Shown here: positions 38,732 to 50,254 of the stretch, piece after piece
Position numbering within the stretch: position 1 is the stretch's first letter
Layout: each line of letters starts with the position of its first letter
NCBI GenBank assembly: GCA_020052515.1
Contig: JAGVOW010000061.1
Location: 8,685 to 72,684 of the forward strand
Reading direction: 5' to 3'
DNA length: 64,000 nt
DNA from: Brevinematales bacterium
GTDB lineage: Bacteria; Spirochaetota; Brevinematia; Brevinematales; JAOACQ01
The notes under the pieces: model-generated
Told to the model about the DNA's origin: nothing
Databases searched by the model: none
What the model saw: the letters and a program-made list of their open reading frames with translations, nothing else
Position numbers and translations under genes: made by a program

Positions 38732-38760
38732 TTGAGATTTCTCAAAAAAGACATTAAAAT
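38732..38760 (+). promoter_or_regulatory. Putative sigma70 promoter of leuS
   Basis: TTGAGA-N17-TAAAAT, then an AGGAG SD. Confidence 0.55.
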
Positions 38761-38789
38761 AATGCAGTAAAATCACAGGAGAACGAACT

Positions 38790-41225
38790 ATGTCCAAGAA
38801 TTATGATTTTTTAACTATTGAAAAAAAATGGCGGGAATATTGGGATCAACACAAAATTTTTAAGGTAGCAGAAGACCCTTCTATTCCTGAAGATAAAAGG
38901 CTTTATGTGCTGGACATGTTTCCCTACCCCTCCGGCTCAGGACTCCATGTAGGCCATCCCGAAGGCTACACAGCCACGGACATTTACTGTCGATATAAAA
39001 AAATGAGCGGTTATAATGTTTTACATCCTATGGGCTTTGACGCCTTTGGGCTGCCGGCTGAAAACTACGCCATTCAAACCGGAACGCACCCGTCTGAAAC
39101 AACTTATAAAAATATTGACCATTTTCGCGGCCAGATTAAAGCTTTAGGTTTTTGTTATGACTGGGACAGGGAGATCTCTACATGCGACGCTGACTACTAT
39201 AAATGGACACAGTGGATTTTCCTTCAGTTGTTTAAAAAAGGCCTGGCTTATGAGGCGCAAATGCCTATCAATTGGTGTCCAAAGTGCGGCACAGGTCTGG
39301 CTAACGAAGAAGTGAAAGACGGCCGCTGCGACCGATGCGATACGCCCATTGAAAGAAAAAATATCCGGCAATGGATATTGAAAATTACCGCTTACGCGGA
39401 AAGACTTTTGAAAGATCTGGATGTTTTAGACTGGAATGACTCTATCAAGCTAATGCAGGAAAATTGGATCGGCAAGAGCGAGGGTGCTGAAGTTGATTTT
39501 GAGATTTCCGGCTTAAATGAAAAGTTAAGGGTATTTACTACCCGCCCGGACACCCTTTTTGGGGCAACCTATATGGTTTTAGCGCCAGAGCACCCTTTAG
39601 TAGGTAAATTGACTACTCCAGAACAAAAAAAAGCTGTAGAAAGCTACATAAAAGAGGCTTCCCGGAAGTCTGATTTGCAGAGAACAGAGCTGAATAAAGA
39701 AAAAAGCGGTGTTTTTACCGGCGCCTACGCCATTAATTCGGTAAATCAGAAGCAAATTCCCATCTGGATATCGGATTATGTCCTTATTAGCTATGGAACA
39801 GGCGCCATTATGGCTGTGCCAGCACATGATGAACGTGATTTTGAGTTCGCGAAAAAGTTCGGCCTTCCTATCATCCAGGTTGTCAGCAAAGACGGCTCTT
39901 CTTATGAATTGCAGGAAGCGGAATCCACGGAAGGGTTTGCTATAGGATCCGGAAAATATAACGGAATGAAAACAGCCGATTTTAAGAAAGCAATTACGGA
40001 AGACCTCGAAAAACAGGGCAAGGGGAAAAAGACCATCAATTACAAACTCAGGGATTGGGTTTTTTCCCGCCAGCGCTACTGGGGAGAACCGATTCCTATC
40101 GTACATTGTGAAAAATGCGGTATTGTACCTTTAGAAGAGAAAGACCTTCCTTTGAAGCTCCCCGAAGTCAAAACCTACAAGCCCACCGGCACAGGCGAAT
40201 CCCCACTGGCTTTAATTGAGGATTGGGTCAACACTACCTGTCCAAAATGTGGAGGCAGGGCAAAACGTGAGACCAACACTATGCCTCAATGGGCAGGAAG
40301 CTGCTGGTACTACATTCGTTTTACCGATCCACGAAACGACAAAGATTTAGCTAGCAAATCCAGTATGGAATACTGGCTTCCCGTAGATCTCTACATTGGC
40401 GGGGCAGAGCATGCTGTGCTTCACCTTCTTTATGCCCGTTTCTGGCACAAATTTTTATACGACAGCGGCGTTGTCAATACGATCGAGCCCTTTATGACCC
40501 TCCGCAATCAAGGGATGGTCCTGGGCGAAAACGGCGAAAAAATGTCCAAATCCAGAGGTAATGTTATAAATCCGGATGATGTCATTGCCGAACATGGCGC
40601 CGACACACTGCGCATCTATGAAATGTTTATGGGGCCTCTTTCCGCTGACAAGCCATGGAACACCCAGGGCATTATTGGCCTGAGAAGGTTTCTGGAAAAG
40701 GTTTTCCGGCTTTTTGATAAAGAAATCGAGGAATCCCTTCCGGTGAACGACTCCATAAATCGACTGCTTCATAAGACTATCAAGATTGTGGGTGAAAGAA
40801 TTGATTCTCTCGAATTTAATACCGCCATCAGCCAGATGATGGTATTCACAAACGCTTTACAGAAAGAAGAGAAAATAAACAAAAGCATTTTACGGGATTT
40901 TGTAAAAATCTTGCATCCATTCGCGCCCTTTGTTACTGAGGAAATGTGGGAAATGCTGGGAGAAAGGCCCTCTGTTCTCAAAACAAAATGGCCCTCTTAT
41001 AGGGAAGAATTGACTCAAGATGAGAAAATCGCTATTGCTGTCCAGGAAAACGGTAAATTAAGGGATACCATTTTTATGTCCAAAGATGTTACTAAACAAG
41101 AAATGGAAGAGATCGCATTAAATAGTGATAAAATGAAGAAAATTCTGGAAAATAAAGAAAAAATAAAAGTTATTAGTGTTCCTGGTAAAGTAGTAAATGT
41201 GGTAACGCGAATTGTAACTGCTTAA
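38790..41225 (+). CDS. leuS: Leucine--tRNA ligase
   Basis: [48 protein letters not shown]. Confidence 0.98.
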   Translation: MSKNYDFLTIEKKWREYWDQHKIFKVAEDPSIPEDKRLYVLDMFPYPSGSGLHVGHPEGYTATDIYCRYKKMSGYNVLHPMGFDAFGLPAENYAIQTGTHPSETTYKNIDHFRGQIKALGFCYDWDREISTCDADYYKWTQWIFLQLFKKGLAYEAQMPINWCPKCGTGLANEEVKDGRCDRCDTPIERKNIRQWILKITAYAERLLKDLDVLDWNDSIKLMQENWIGKSEGAEVDFEISGLNEKLRVFTTRPDTLFGATYMVLAPEHPLVGKLTTPEQKKAVESYIKEASRKSDLQRTELNKEKSGVFTGAYAINSVNQKQIPIWISDYVLISYGTGAIMAVPAHDERDFEFAKKFGLPIIQVVSKDGSSYELQEAESTEGFAIGSGKYNGMKTADFKKAITEDLEKQGKGKKTINYKLRDWVFSRQRYWGEPIPIVHCEKCGIVPLEEKDLPLKLPEVKTYKPTGTGESPLALIEDWVNTTCPKCGGRAKRETNTMPQWAGSCWYYIRFTDPRNDKDLASKSSMEYWLPVDLYIGGAEHAVLHLLYARFWHKFLYDSGVVNTIEPFMTLRNQGMVLGENGEKMSKSRGNVINPDDVIAEHGADTLRIYEMFMGPLSADKPWNTQGIIGLRRFLEKVFRLFDKEIEESLPVNDSINRLLHKTIKIVGERIDSLEFNTAISQMMVFTNALQKEEKINKSILRDFVKILHPFAPFVTEEMWEMLGERPSVLKTKWPSYREELTQDEKIAIAVQENGKLRDTIFMSKDVTKQEMEEIALNSDKMKKILENKEKIKVISVPGKVVNVVTRIVTA

Positions 41226-41302
41226 AATTTATTTGCAAAAAACGCTTTTGCTTTTTTTTGATTCATTTTATAATTGAGAAGTAAAAATTAGGGAAAATTG
41301 TT

Positions 41303-41767
41303 ATGATAAATGATCTTTTAAAACTTTCTGAGAAAGGAAAAACACTTTTTGATGAGGCTGTCAAAAAAACAAAGCAAGAGCTAAAAGAATATGAAAGAAT
41401 ACGCACATGCTGTTACTACCAATCAAAAGGGAAAAAAGAAATAGAAAAAACCGAACTGCGTCAATTTATATCAGAAATAGCTAAGGAATTCCGGCTTAAT
41501 TTCTCTTTTGACGAGCGTGAATCCGATTATTTTTTCTTTCTCAATGACAAGTTCTTTGATTTACTTGGTATAAAGATTCATCGGCTGCATCCCAACAATT
41601 ATGTTATTGTAACACAAAAAAGCAACGGTCAGCCTGTTTTCATTATTCGGGACCATGACGATTATGAAGAATATAACGTCAAAATAAAGTGGAACAATGA
41701 AAAAATGGAAGATGCTGAGTTAGAAAAAGTACCCCTTTATATTTCAAAAACGAATCTTATCCATTAA
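41303..41767 (+). CDS. Hypothetical protein
   Basis: 154-aa ORF filling the gap with a GGGA SD; no recognised motif. Confidence 0.55.
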   Translation: MINDLLKLSEKGKTLFDEAVKKTKQELKEYERIRTCCYYQSKGKKEIEKTELRQFISEIAKEFRLNFSFDERESDYFFFLNDKFFDLLGIKIHRLHPNNYVIVTQKSNGQPVFIIRDHDDYEEYNVKIKWNNEKMEDAELEKVPLYISKTNLIH

Positions 41768-42405
41768 AGTTCAAAATTAATGCCCGCCATCACGCCAAAA
41801 CCGCTCACATCAATTTTTTCACCTACACTGACCGTGTCAGTTGAGTTTCTTGATTTACCAACAGAGCAAAAATTATAATTCACTGCCAGCAACAATGCGG
41901 ATCTTTCCCCCAGCTTCATCCGCATGCCCAATTCCAGCTCCAGTCCAAATTCTCCAAAAAGATAAGTCTTTTCATCGTATTTTTGATCAGAAGCAGATTT
42001 ATAAGTATTGATCATCACTTCGTAGCCCAGGCCAATCTGGCCATAGGGCACAATGACATCTGCTATCACTACAGGAATATCCACACGGGCGTTCAGCATC
42101 CAGATCAACAAATTACCCAGAGTTTCACTTCCTATGCCTGTCGTAACAATACCGGTATTAGCATTTGACAAATCAACCTTTGTACTAAAAGAAGTACGGT
42201 AATAATCCAGCGATGTGTTTACAGAAACCAGCTGGTCAATATTGAGGCCGAACAGAGCTCCTCCCCTGAAACCAGGCCCTGTACCCCAGGGAAACATCGC
42301 GCCAAGCCTTGCCTCAAAATACTTTTTCTGGCCGAAAGAACCGCTCTCGGCAAAAATAAAGCTCGTTAATAATAAAATACCGATGACAAATAATATTCTT
42401 CTCAT
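41764..42405 (-). CDS. Small outer-membrane beta-barrel protein (OmpA/OmpW-like)
   Basis: Signal peptide, alternating strands, VPYGQIGLGY, terminal AGINFEL. Confidence 0.7.
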   Translation of the reverse strand: MRRILFVIGILLLTSFIFAESGSFGQKKYFEARLGAMFPWGTGPGFRGGALFGLNIDQLVSVNTSLDYYRTSFSTKVDLSNANTGIVTTGIGSETLGNLLIWMLNARVDIPVVIADVIVPYGQIGLGYEVMINTYKSASDQKYDEKTYLFGEFGLELELGMRMKLGERSALLLAVNYNFCSVGKSRNSTDTVSVGEKIDVSGFGVMAGINFEL

Positions 42406-42476
42406 GTTTCCTCCCGCTCCTCATATTTTAAGCAAAAACAGAGAATCCCGCAAGAAAATACAGGCAAGATAAAAAA

Positions 42477-42505
42477 TTGAAAATAATCGGATTTTGATTT
42501 ATAAT
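42477..42505 (+). promoter_or_regulatory. Putative sigma70 promoter of gcvPA-PB
   Basis: TTGAAA-N17-TATAAT. Confidence 0.6.
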
Positions 42506-42522
42506 ATAGTGGCTGATCCGTT

Positions 42523-42616
42523 TCCCCTCTTGGGAGGGGCCAGGGGTGGGTTCCCTCGATAGTGCGGCAAAGCAGGAAGCCGAGGACACCCACCCCCAAC
42601 CCCTCCCAAGAGGGGA
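42523..42616. repeat. Family A REPIN-like element in the gcvPA leader
   Basis: TCCCCTCTTGGGAGGGG..GGGGTGGGT / ACCCACCCCCAACCCCTCCCAAGAGGGGA. Confidence 0.9.
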
Positions 42617-42639
42617 GAAGTTGGCTTAAGGAGTCTTTT

Positions 42640-43956
42640 ATGCCCTATTCTCCCCATACCGAAGCGCAAAGAAAGGAAATGCTTTCCGCTGTCGGTGTTT
42701 CTTCAATCGAGGAGCTTTTTGCCTCCATTCCGAAGAATTTACGCGTGAAATCGTTTAACTTACCGAAGGGCATGCCCGAAATGAAAACACTCGATTACTT
42801 CAAAAAATTAGCTGATAAAAACAACATCGGTTTAGTCGCTTTCCTTGGCGCAGGGATGTATGACCACTTTATTCCTACTGTTGTGGACGCTCTTTCCAGC
42901 CGCGCTGAATTTTATACCGCCTATACTCCCTACCAGCCGGAATGCTCGCAGGGGACATTGCAGGCGCTTTTTGAATATCAGACCGCTATCTGCAGGCTCA
43001 CCGGGATGGATGTATCCAACGCTTCGCTTTACGATGGCGGGACTGCTTTAGCCGAAGCGGCTTTGATGGCAATGCGCCTGACAGGACGGAATAAAATCAT
43101 TATGGATAGCGCGGTAAGCCCATTTTACCGGGAAGTATTAAAAACCTATCTGGCCAACCGCGACGCGGAAATTTTAGAACTGAATAGAAATGCTTTAGAA
43201 AAAACACTCGATGATCAAACCGCGGCTGTTCTGATACAAAATCCCGATTTTTTCGGCAACCTGGACAATTATAGCACCATAACGGAAAAAGCCAGAAGCC
43301 TTGGAGTGCTTTCTATTGCTTCTGTTTATCCTATTTCACTGGGGCTGGTAGAAACACCGGGCAAAATGGGTTTTGACATCGCTGTTGGCGACGGGCAGAG
43401 CCTGGGAAACCCAATCAGCTTTGGCGGGCCCAGCCTTGGTTTTATCGCCGCAAAAAAAGAGCACATCCGCCAGATGCCCGGGCGCATTGTCGGAGAAACC
43501 ATTGACAAAAACGGCAAGCGCGGCTTTGTATTGACCTTGCAGGCCCGCGAACAGCACATTAAGCGCCAGAAAGCCACATCAAACATCTGCAGCAACCAAA
43601 GCCTTTGTGCCTTACGCGCGGTCATTTATCTTGCTTCCCTTGGTGAAAAAGGCTTCGCGGAATGCGCGGCCCAAAATTTCCAGAAGGCGGAGTTTACAAA
43701 ACAGGAACTTCTTAAAATAAAAGGGGTTTCCCTGTTCAATATAGAGCCGACTTTTAACGAATTCACCATCCTCCTCCCTCAAAAAGCAGAAGAAATAGTC
43801 GAAAACCTTCTTTCAGCCGGTTTCGCGGCAGGCCTTCCTTTGAAGGCATATTACCCCGAATTAGAAAACGCGCTTTTAGTATCTGTTACGGAAAAGAGGT
43901 CAAAAGAAGAAATCCTTTCATTTGCGAGAGAATTGGAGAAAGCTTTATGGAAATAA
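42640..43956 (+). CDS. gcvPA: Glycine dehydrogenase (decarboxylating) subunit 1
   Basis: MPYSPHT start after an AAGGAG SD; [41 protein letters not shown]. Confidence 0.95.
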   Translation: MPYSPHTEAQRKEMLSAVGVSSIEELFASIPKNLRVKSFNLPKGMPEMKTLDYFKKLADKNNIGLVAFLGAGMYDHFIPTVVDALSSRAEFYTAYTPYQPECSQGTLQALFEYQTAICRLTGMDVSNASLYDGGTALAEAALMAMRLTGRNKIIMDSAVSPFYREVLKTYLANRDAEILELNRNALEKTLDDQTAAVLIQNPDFFGNLDNYSTITEKARSLGVLSIASVYPISLGLVETPGKMGFDIAVGDGQSLGNPISFGGPSLGFIAAKKEHIRQMPGRIVGETIDKNGKRGFVLTLQAREQHIKRQKATSNICSNQSLCALRAVIYLASLGEKGFAECAAQNFQKAEFTKQELLKIKGVSLFNIEPTFNEFTILLPQKAEEIVENLLSAGFAAGLPLKAYYPELENALLVSVTEKRSKEEILSFARELEKALWK

Positions 43957-45401
43957 ATAACCAAACAATATTTGAAAAGTCTGTTGCCGGAAGGCGCGCG
44001 GTAACTTTCCCTGAGAGCAATGTCCCCCAGGTTTTTTTACCTGAAAATCTGCAAAGAAAAAGCGGCCTGGGTTTACCGGAAGCCAGTGAATTAGACATTG
44101 TCCGGCATTATACCAATTTATCCAGAAAAAACTTTTCGGTAGACACAGAGTTTTATCCTTTAGGTTCATGCACTATGAAGTACAATCCAAAAATTCTGGA
44201 AAAGGCCGCCGCTCTGGGCGGTTTTACTGACCTCCATCCTTTACTGGCAAGGCTTCCTGGGGGCGAAAAATTTGCTCAAGGGGCTCTGGAAGTCCTGTTT
44301 GAAACAGAAAAGCTCCTGGCTGAGATCACGGGAATGGACGCAGTAAGCCTGGAGCCATTGGCCGGAGCGCATGGTGAAATGACTGGCATTATGCTGATCG
44401 CGGCTTACCATAAGTCAAAGGGAAACAAGAAAAAAACTGTTATTGTCCCGGATTCTTCCCATGGAACCAATCCCGCGAGCGCGGCTATGGCGGGATACGA
44501 GATTATTACTATACCCAGCCTGTCGAATGGGGAAATGGACAGAGAACTTTTTCAAAAGGCTCTCAATAGTGAAACCGCGGCGGTTATGATGACCTGCCCC
44601 AATACATTGGGAATCTTTGAGACAAAAATTGAAGAAATTGCCCGAATGGCGCATTCTGCGGATGCTTTGATGTACTATGACGGCGCGAATTTAAACGCTA
44701 TTCTCGGCAAGATGAGGCCCGGCGACGCCGGTTTTGACGTTATCCATGTGAATGCGCACAAGACTTTTGGTACTCCGCATGGCGGCGGCGGCCCGGGAGC
44801 AGGCCCTGTGGGAGTAAAAAAAGCCCTTGTTCCTTTTATCCCCCACCCTCGCGTGAAGAAAAATCCGGATGGAAGTTATGGATTTGACAAAATAAATTCT
44901 TTCTCTATCGGCAAAGCCGCTAACTTTTACGGAAATTTTGGTGTGATCCTGAAAGCTTATGCTTACATCCTCCTCCTGGGCAAAGAAGGCCTGCGGGAAG
45001 CCTCGGAAGACGCGGTTTTAGCGGCAAATTATGTTAAAGAAAAATTGAAACCCTATTATTCCTTACCTTATGACAGAATCTGTATGCATGAATGCGTTTT
45101 CTCAGCGGGAAAACAGTTGGAACAAGGCATTCACGCTATTGACATAGCCAAAGCATTGATCGAAAGAGGTTTTCATCCACCGACGGTCTATTTCCCGCTT
45201 ATTGTAAAAGAAGCCATTATGATTGAGCCGACTGAAACAGAAAGCAAAGAAACATTGGACACTTTTATTAAAGCGATGATTGAAATAGCAGAACTCGTGG
45301 AAAAAAATCCGGAAGAATTGAAACTAGCTCCACGCAATACGCCGGTTTCCCGCTTAGATGAAACAAAAGCGGCAAGGGAAATGAAGGTTTGTTTATCATA
45401 G
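43947..45401 (+). CDS. gcvPB: Glycine dehydrogenase (decarboxylating) subunit 2
   Basis: [31 protein letters not shown] lysine in [22 protein letters not shown]. Confidence 0.96.
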   Translation: MEINNQTIFEKSVAGRRAVTFPESNVPQVFLPENLQRKSGLGLPEASELDIVRHYTNLSRKNFSVDTEFYPLGSCTMKYNPKILEKAAALGGFTDLHPLLARLPGGEKFAQGALEVLFETEKLLAEITGMDAVSLEPLAGAHGEMTGIMLIAAYHKSKGNKKKTVIVPDSSHGTNPASAAMAGYEIITIPSLSNGEMDRELFQKALNSETAAVMMTCPNTLGIFETKIEEIARMAHSADALMYYDGANLNAILGKMRPGDAGFDVIHVNAHKTFGTPHGGGGPGAGPVGVKKALVPFIPHPRVKKNPDGSYGFDKINSFSIGKAANFYGNFGVILKAYAYILLLGKEGLREASEDAVLAANYVKEKLKPYYSLPYDRICMHECVFSAGKQLEQGIHAIDIAKALIERGFHPPTVYFPLIVKEAIMIEPTETESKETLDTFIKAMIEIAELVEKNPEELKLAPRNTPVSRLDETKAAREMKVCLS

Positions 45402-45405
45402 ATCT

Positions 45406-46551
45406 CTATTTCTTTTGTTCTCTTTGCGGATTTCCCAGATAAGTACAGGCCTGAGGGACATCCCGCATCTCAATAACGGAAAATGTTTGATTGTCAAAAG
45501 CGCCCGCTTCCTTTAATGCGCCTAATATTTGTTCCGACTGGTTTACGGATACAATCATATCGCTTTCTTCCCGGGCCGGAGAAGGATTTCCGTTAGATTC
45601 TTTTCCATAATTATAAAAACTCGATCTGCAGATGGTCGCTCCAGCAGCGCCAACAGCCATAGATTCTCGAACTAAATCTCCCGCTCTCCCTTCGTTGCAA
45701 ATTAAAGACAGGTCGACTAAATTTTTTAAATAACAACGGCTTTTATCATCGTTATCTGCGTTTGCCAATGACCCTTTTTTTCTCCACTCATTACTGCCTT
45801 TTAAATCATCCACAGCCATAATAATCTGCTCTACGCTTGCCGCGTACCTCATTCTTCCTCTATATATTTTTAAATTAATCAAGGCTTTATTTACCGGGTA
45901 AAGATAAATAAAACCTTTTCCCGGCTGATCGAGCTTGCCCGCTTCAATGAGCGCTTTCATCACTCCCTGAGCGTCATTCTTTTCGGCCAGCAAGTTGACT
46001 ACTTCCTTTTCCGCAGGAATAGTGATCCTCAAAAGGCCAAGTTTATCTCTCAAGCCCGTACCCTGGCCGAATGTAATGGATGGAACGCATATTCCCATTT
46101 CCAGAACAGCCTGAGCGATATTATTACCCTGCCCTCTTTGAACAATACAGGATATCCCATAAAGATCGGTTTGAAAATAAAAATCTTTTTCAGATTTAGT
46201 TTTTAATGATTTCAAAGAAGAATCAAAGGAATAATCCTCCAATAGCTGTATCGCTTCTGAATAAATAGTGCATCTTCCCGGAATAGATAAGCCTGACTCC
46301 GCAACAAGGAATGAGAGAATATCTTCTTCTCTATCCGCAGGGACATAAAATTTATAGATATCTAAGGGATCTTCATCCAGGCCAGTCCCTGAAATTGCCC
46401 CAAATATATTTTTCTTTTCCCTGAGGACAATAGCCCTCCCGGCTTGAACATGAAAACGTTCTATGCCGGCTTTTTGAAGGGCATCTTTAAACAAATGAGA
46501 CACGCCCTTGTATATTTCGCAAGTGATTTTTTTCACTTTATTTTTTCTCAT
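45406..46551 (-). CDS. Protein with three tandem PII-like domains
   Basis: Central domain CIVQRGQG..FGQGTG..AEKEVV..GKLDQPGKGFIY is PII-like. Flanking domains repeat the same beta-alpha-beta pattern. Follows the DUF1538 gene. Confidence 0.65.
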   Translation of the reverse strand: MRKNKVKKITCEIYKGVSHLFKDALQKAGIERFHVQAGRAIVLREKKNIFGAISGTGLDEDPLDIYKFYVPADREEDILSFLVAESGLSIPGRCTIYSEAIQLLEDYSFDSSLKSLKTKSEKDFYFQTDLYGISCIVQRGQGNNIAQAVLEMGICVPSITFGQGTGLRDKLGLLRITIPAEKEVVNLLAEKNDAQGVMKALIEAGKLDQPGKGFIYLYPVNKALINLKIYRGRMRYAASVEQIIMAVDDLKGSNEWRKKGSLANADNDDKSRCYLKNLVDLSLICNEGRAGDLVRESMAVGAAGATICRSSFYNYGKESNGNPSPAREESDMIVSVNQSEQILGALKEAGAFDNQTFSVIEMRDVPQACTYLGNPQREQKK

Positions 46552-46565
46552 TTCAATGCTCCTGA

Positions 46566-48581
46566 CTATTTAGTTACTTGAAGATCGGTACGCCGCTTTT
46601 GATTAACATACAATCCTACCAAAAGCACAGATAAAATAGGAAAAACAGACGCGCAGGCCAATATCCCAAATCCTTCCACGACCCCGACCTGCCCGCCAAT
46701 TCCAAGGCCCATTGCTAAAACCAGCGGAACCGTTATAGGGCCTGTTGTAACCCCCGCGCTATCCCAGCCGATATTAACAAATTCCTCACTGGAAATTTTT
46801 GTGATCAGCAACAATATGAGATAAGGCGGCGTCAGCAGAAAAATAAGCGGAATATTCCAGATGATTTTAGCGACTCCCACAGCTATCCCAATTCCTACTC
46901 CAACCGCTACTGCCTGCATTAAAAGCGATTTTTTAAACGTACCGACTGTTAATTCCTCTACTTTTATTCCCAACGCGTTCAAAGCGGGCTCCGCCAAGGT
47001 CGCCCCATAACCCATAATAAAACCAAACAACAATACAATTAAGATTCCCCACAATCCTCCTTCATTGCCAAAAAGAGGCCCTCTTTTTGGGACAAAAGAA
47101 TATTGCTTCATTACGGGGTTGTAATTACTGACATCAAATGGAAGTGCGACATAATTTTGATTCAATTTAGTATAAAAAAAACTTTCCGTTGTACCGTCAG
47201 GAGATAAAGATCTCTGTAATAATTTAAGGTCAAATCCATTGATAACCTGCTTCTGATCGGTAAGGCTGATCGCTTTAAAAGAAGAGGGAAGTTTTTCTCC
47301 CACTTGATTACCCAGTTTTGACAATCCAAGCTCAATGCCGGCATTAAACAACCCAAGCCCAATCACAGCAAAAGAAATTCCAAGAATCACTTCATCAAAG
47401 CGCGGCAATTTTTCCCTGAGAATGATAACCAATACCAATACAAGTAAAATACAGAGCGGAATAATAGCCTGCACGGCAAGAATTCCATTTCGAATGAAAA
47501 TCGGACCTGCCATCGAAGCATTTTCTGCCGATTGCCCTTTCCAGCGGAAATATTCCTCATCGTTTCCAAAAACAGCTTTTCTCTTCTGGCTGTCTAAAGC
47601 AAGCGTGCTCATAAAACTATTCATCTGAGCGCCATTGTTATTAAAAAAAGACAGCACTCCTTTGTCAGAAGAATTTTTTAAGGCATACCCTGTCATTTTA
47701 TCTTCATTTTCAAACAAGATTATGGTTTTTGCGCGGTTTGAAGGATGAAAAAAACTTTCCTCATGCATCGGCTTCGGAACCCCTGAATTCAGAATTAGCC
47801 CCAAAAGCATGACGGTTATTACTGGAAAAGCGGAAGCCAGAGTAACCACCCCAAACCCGGAAGAAGCGCCCGATTTTTTCACGACAATCCTGGAAATACC
47901 GATCCCCAGAGCTATCACTAAAGGAACAGTAACCGGCCCTGTGGTAACACCGCCGCAATCCCAGGCAACCCCGGTAACATACATCATATTTGGATCAAAA
48001 AAAGCCCATATCGACAAGGGAATAAGTATCAAAGTAAAAATATAAATAAAAGGTTTTAATGACCATCCATATAAAAAGCGCAGCATCCCAAAAACAACCG
48101 CAATCCCCACTCCAATCGCGACCGCGTATACCAGATAATTTGAATATTTATTTAACAAAAGAAAAAGCAAAGGCGCGTCCCATGCTTTTACGGAAGACCC
48201 GGCGGCTTTTAAAACCCCAATAGCGGGCTCCGCGAATGTAACGCCCATACCCAGGACAAAGGAAAAAATTAAAATGAAGAGAAGCCCTGATTTCTGAGGC
48301 AGCTTAATTCCGCATATTTCACCCAGCGGCATGAGTCCTATGAGAAGGCCTTCCATAAAAAAAGCAAGCCCCGCCACTACTAACCCGATTCCAAGAGCGA
48401 TAACCGCAGACTCAGCGACAGGTATACCCAGAATAATAATCTGGAAAAACACCAGATAAAGAACAATCAAAGAGACAGATTGGATTTGTTCCTTAAACTT
48501 GGAAACAGCATAAGGAAAAATCATTCCTATAGCTTCCGTGAATTTTACCTTAATCTTGCCCGCTGATTGCTGAATCGACAT
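46566..48581 (-). CDS. Fused double DUF1538 membrane protein
   Basis: TFAEP..DCGGVTTGPVTVP and TLAEP..DSAGVTTGPITVP occur twice, with many TM helices. Confidence 0.85.
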   Translation of the reverse strand: MSIQQSAGKIKVKFTEAIGMIFPYAVSKFKEQIQSVSLIVLYLVFFQIIILGIPVAESAVIALGIGLVVAGLAFFMEGLLIGLMPLGEICGIKLPQKSGLLFILIFSFVLGMGVTFAEPAIGVLKAAGSSVKAWDAPLLFLLLNKYSNYLVYAVAIGVGIAVVFGMLRFLYGWSLKPFIYIFTLILIPLSIWAFFDPNMMYVTGVAWDCGGVTTGPVTVPLVIALGIGISRIVVKKSGASSGFGVVTLASAFPVITVMLLGLILNSGVPKPMHEESFFHPSNRAKTIILFENEDKMTGYALKNSSDKGVLSFFNNNGAQMNSFMSTLALDSQKRKAVFGNDEEYFRWKGQSAENASMAGPIFIRNGILAVQAIIPLCILLVLVLVIILREKLPRFDEVILGISFAVIGLGLFNAGIELGLSKLGNQVGEKLPSSFKAISLTDQKQVINGFDLKLLQRSLSPDGTTESFFYTKLNQNYVALPFDVSNYNPVMKQYSFVPKRGPLFGNEGGLWGILIVLLFGFIMGYGATLAEPALNALGIKVEELTVGTFKKSLLMQAVAVGVGIGIAVGVAKIIWNIPLIFLLTPPYLILLLITKISSEEFVNIGWDSAGVTTGPITVPLVLAMGLGIGGQVGVVEGFGILACASVFPILSVLLVGLYVNQKRRTDLQVTK

Positions 48582-48651
48582 GGTGACTCCTCGAAAGTAT
48601 TTCTGACAATACACTAATTATCGACAAACAGCGCTTAATATTTTAAAGTTT

Positions 48652-48954
48652 TTAAGAATTATAATCGAGCACAACCCTATCCTGCCTCACTTTCGAAACA
48701 AATTCCGTCGCCTTTTTGTGTTCCGGGTGGTGTTGATAACGGTCCAGCGCCTTTTCATCCTCAAACTCAGAAACCAGAGCCACATCATAAGCCCCTTCCG
48801 ATAAACTAATATTAATTCCCACTTCTAATTGGATAATTTCCGGGATTTTTTCCTTCAACCCTTCCAGAAGCTCTTTTAATTTCCTGGCATTTCTTTCCTT
48901 GCTTGACCCCAGAGCCTCATCTTTAAGCCTCCACATCACAATGTGTTTTATCAT
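48652..48954 (-). CDS. Dabb (stress-responsive A/B barrel) protein
   Basis: MIKHIVMW, IPEI..EVG.N, F..E.AL..YQ.HPEH. Confidence 0.9.
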   Translation of the reverse strand: MIKHIVMWRLKDEALGSSKERNARKLKELLEGLKEKIPEIIQLEVGINISLSEGAYDVALVSEFEDEKALDRYQHHPEHKKATEFVSKVRQDRVVLDYNS

Positions 48955-49892
48955 GAAATCCCCCTATGTGCATCTAACCATACGATAATATCCTTCGTGG
49001 CCTCGTCCCGGTTGGTCTCATTGAGAAGCTCATGCCGGGCACCTGGATAAAAACGGTAAGCAATATCTTGAATGCCCAATTTTTGATAAGCTTTTATAAG
49101 AGAACGAACGGTTTTAGTTTTTTGGCCTACCGGGTCCATTTCGCCTGCTATCAAATAAATCGGCAAATTTTTCGCGATTTTAGACATTTCTTTCCGACTG
49201 TGAATCCATCTGAGCCACACCGCCAGATCGTAAAAATACCCCGACGGAAAAATAGTCCCGCAATAAGGATCATTTTTATATTTGTCCACCTCGGCAATAT
49301 CCCTGGAAATCCAGTCATAACGAGTCCGGGTCGGTTTAAAATCGTTATTGTAGGAACCCATCCCCAGAGACAACAAAAACGGGCTCTTCTGATCCCTGCT
49401 GCCTCTGATGAATATTTCCAGCCCTGCCAAAACAAGGCCAATGTCGGCCAAAATTCTTACTTTCCCTATAGTCCCTGATAAAATCACGCCTTTCAAGTTT
49501 TCACCATACTGGGAAATATACCCCTGAACTAAAAACGACCCCATGCTGTGGCCAAATAGAAAAAGAGAAAGTCCCGGATGCTCCTTTTGAATGATTTCTG
49601 AGAGCTGCCGCATATCTCCCATCATCCAGGAAAAGCCGTCTTTATCAGCGATAATGCCCAGTTTTTCCACATCTCCTACAGTCCTTCCATGCCCCCGATG
49701 GTCATTAGCGTAAACAATGTATCCGGCTTTGGTTAAAGCCTGCGCAAAGCGCTCATAACGAAAGGCATGCTCAGCCATACCATGAGAAATCTGGACTACC
49801 GCTTTAGGTGTAATTTTTTCTTCCGGAAGCCAGTAATAAACAAAAATCTCAGCGCCTTCTTTGTCCTTGAAGGCAAATGTCTTTGTTCTCAT
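48951..49892 (-). CDS. Alpha/beta hydrolase (lysophospholipase/monoglyceride lipase-like)
   Basis: HGMAEH..RY, DHRGHG, GHSMGS, G..DPV, YPGARHELLNE. Start at MRTKTF after GGAG. Confidence 0.9.
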   Translation of the reverse strand: MRTKTFAFKDKEGAEIFVYYWLPEEKITPKAVVQISHGMAEHAFRYERFAQALTKAGYIVYANDHRGHGRTVGDVEKLGIIADKDGFSWMMGDMRQLSEIIQKEHPGLSLFLFGHSMGSFLVQGYISQYGENLKGVILSGTIGKVRILADIGLVLAGLEIFIRGSRDQKSPFLLSLGMGSYNNDFKPTRTRYDWISRDIAEVDKYKNDPYCGTIFPSGYFYDLAVWLRWIHSRKEMSKIAKNLPIYLIAGEMDPVGQKTKTVRSLIKAYQKLGIQDIAYRFYPGARHELLNETNRDEATKDIIVWLDAHRGIS

Positions 49893-50254
49893 TATTCTCC
49901 CCGGATTTTTTGCCTCGCTTAAAAAGTTACTGATTATTATATAATCTTCTGTATCAAAAAAGCAAAAAAATACCAAATTCGTCTTTCCAGATAGATCATT
50001 CTGCAGCATCCGCAAAATGTAGAACAAACAAAGCTCACAACCAAAATAGCCCTAAGGTACTTTTTAAAACATAGAAAAATTGTCATAAATTTTTTCTTTA
50101 CATTTATAAATAAATCAATTATACTACTAATGAGGTTAGACTAGCAATTCACTTCACTTCTCTCTGAATTCAAAAAAATTCGAATTTTAGCTCAATGCAT
50201 CAGGCCCCTTTATTATTGCTTTTACCGATCCTTTTAGTTTGTAGAGGTACAAAA

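Noticed and set aside
38711-38789. T-box upstream of leuS
   Set aside because: The leader is too short and has no T-box motif.
48617-48648. Sigma28-like promoters (GTCGATAA here; GCCGATAG near 7950; ACCGATAA near 31996)
   Set aside because: The -35 match or spacing is off consensus in each case; not supportable without TSS data.
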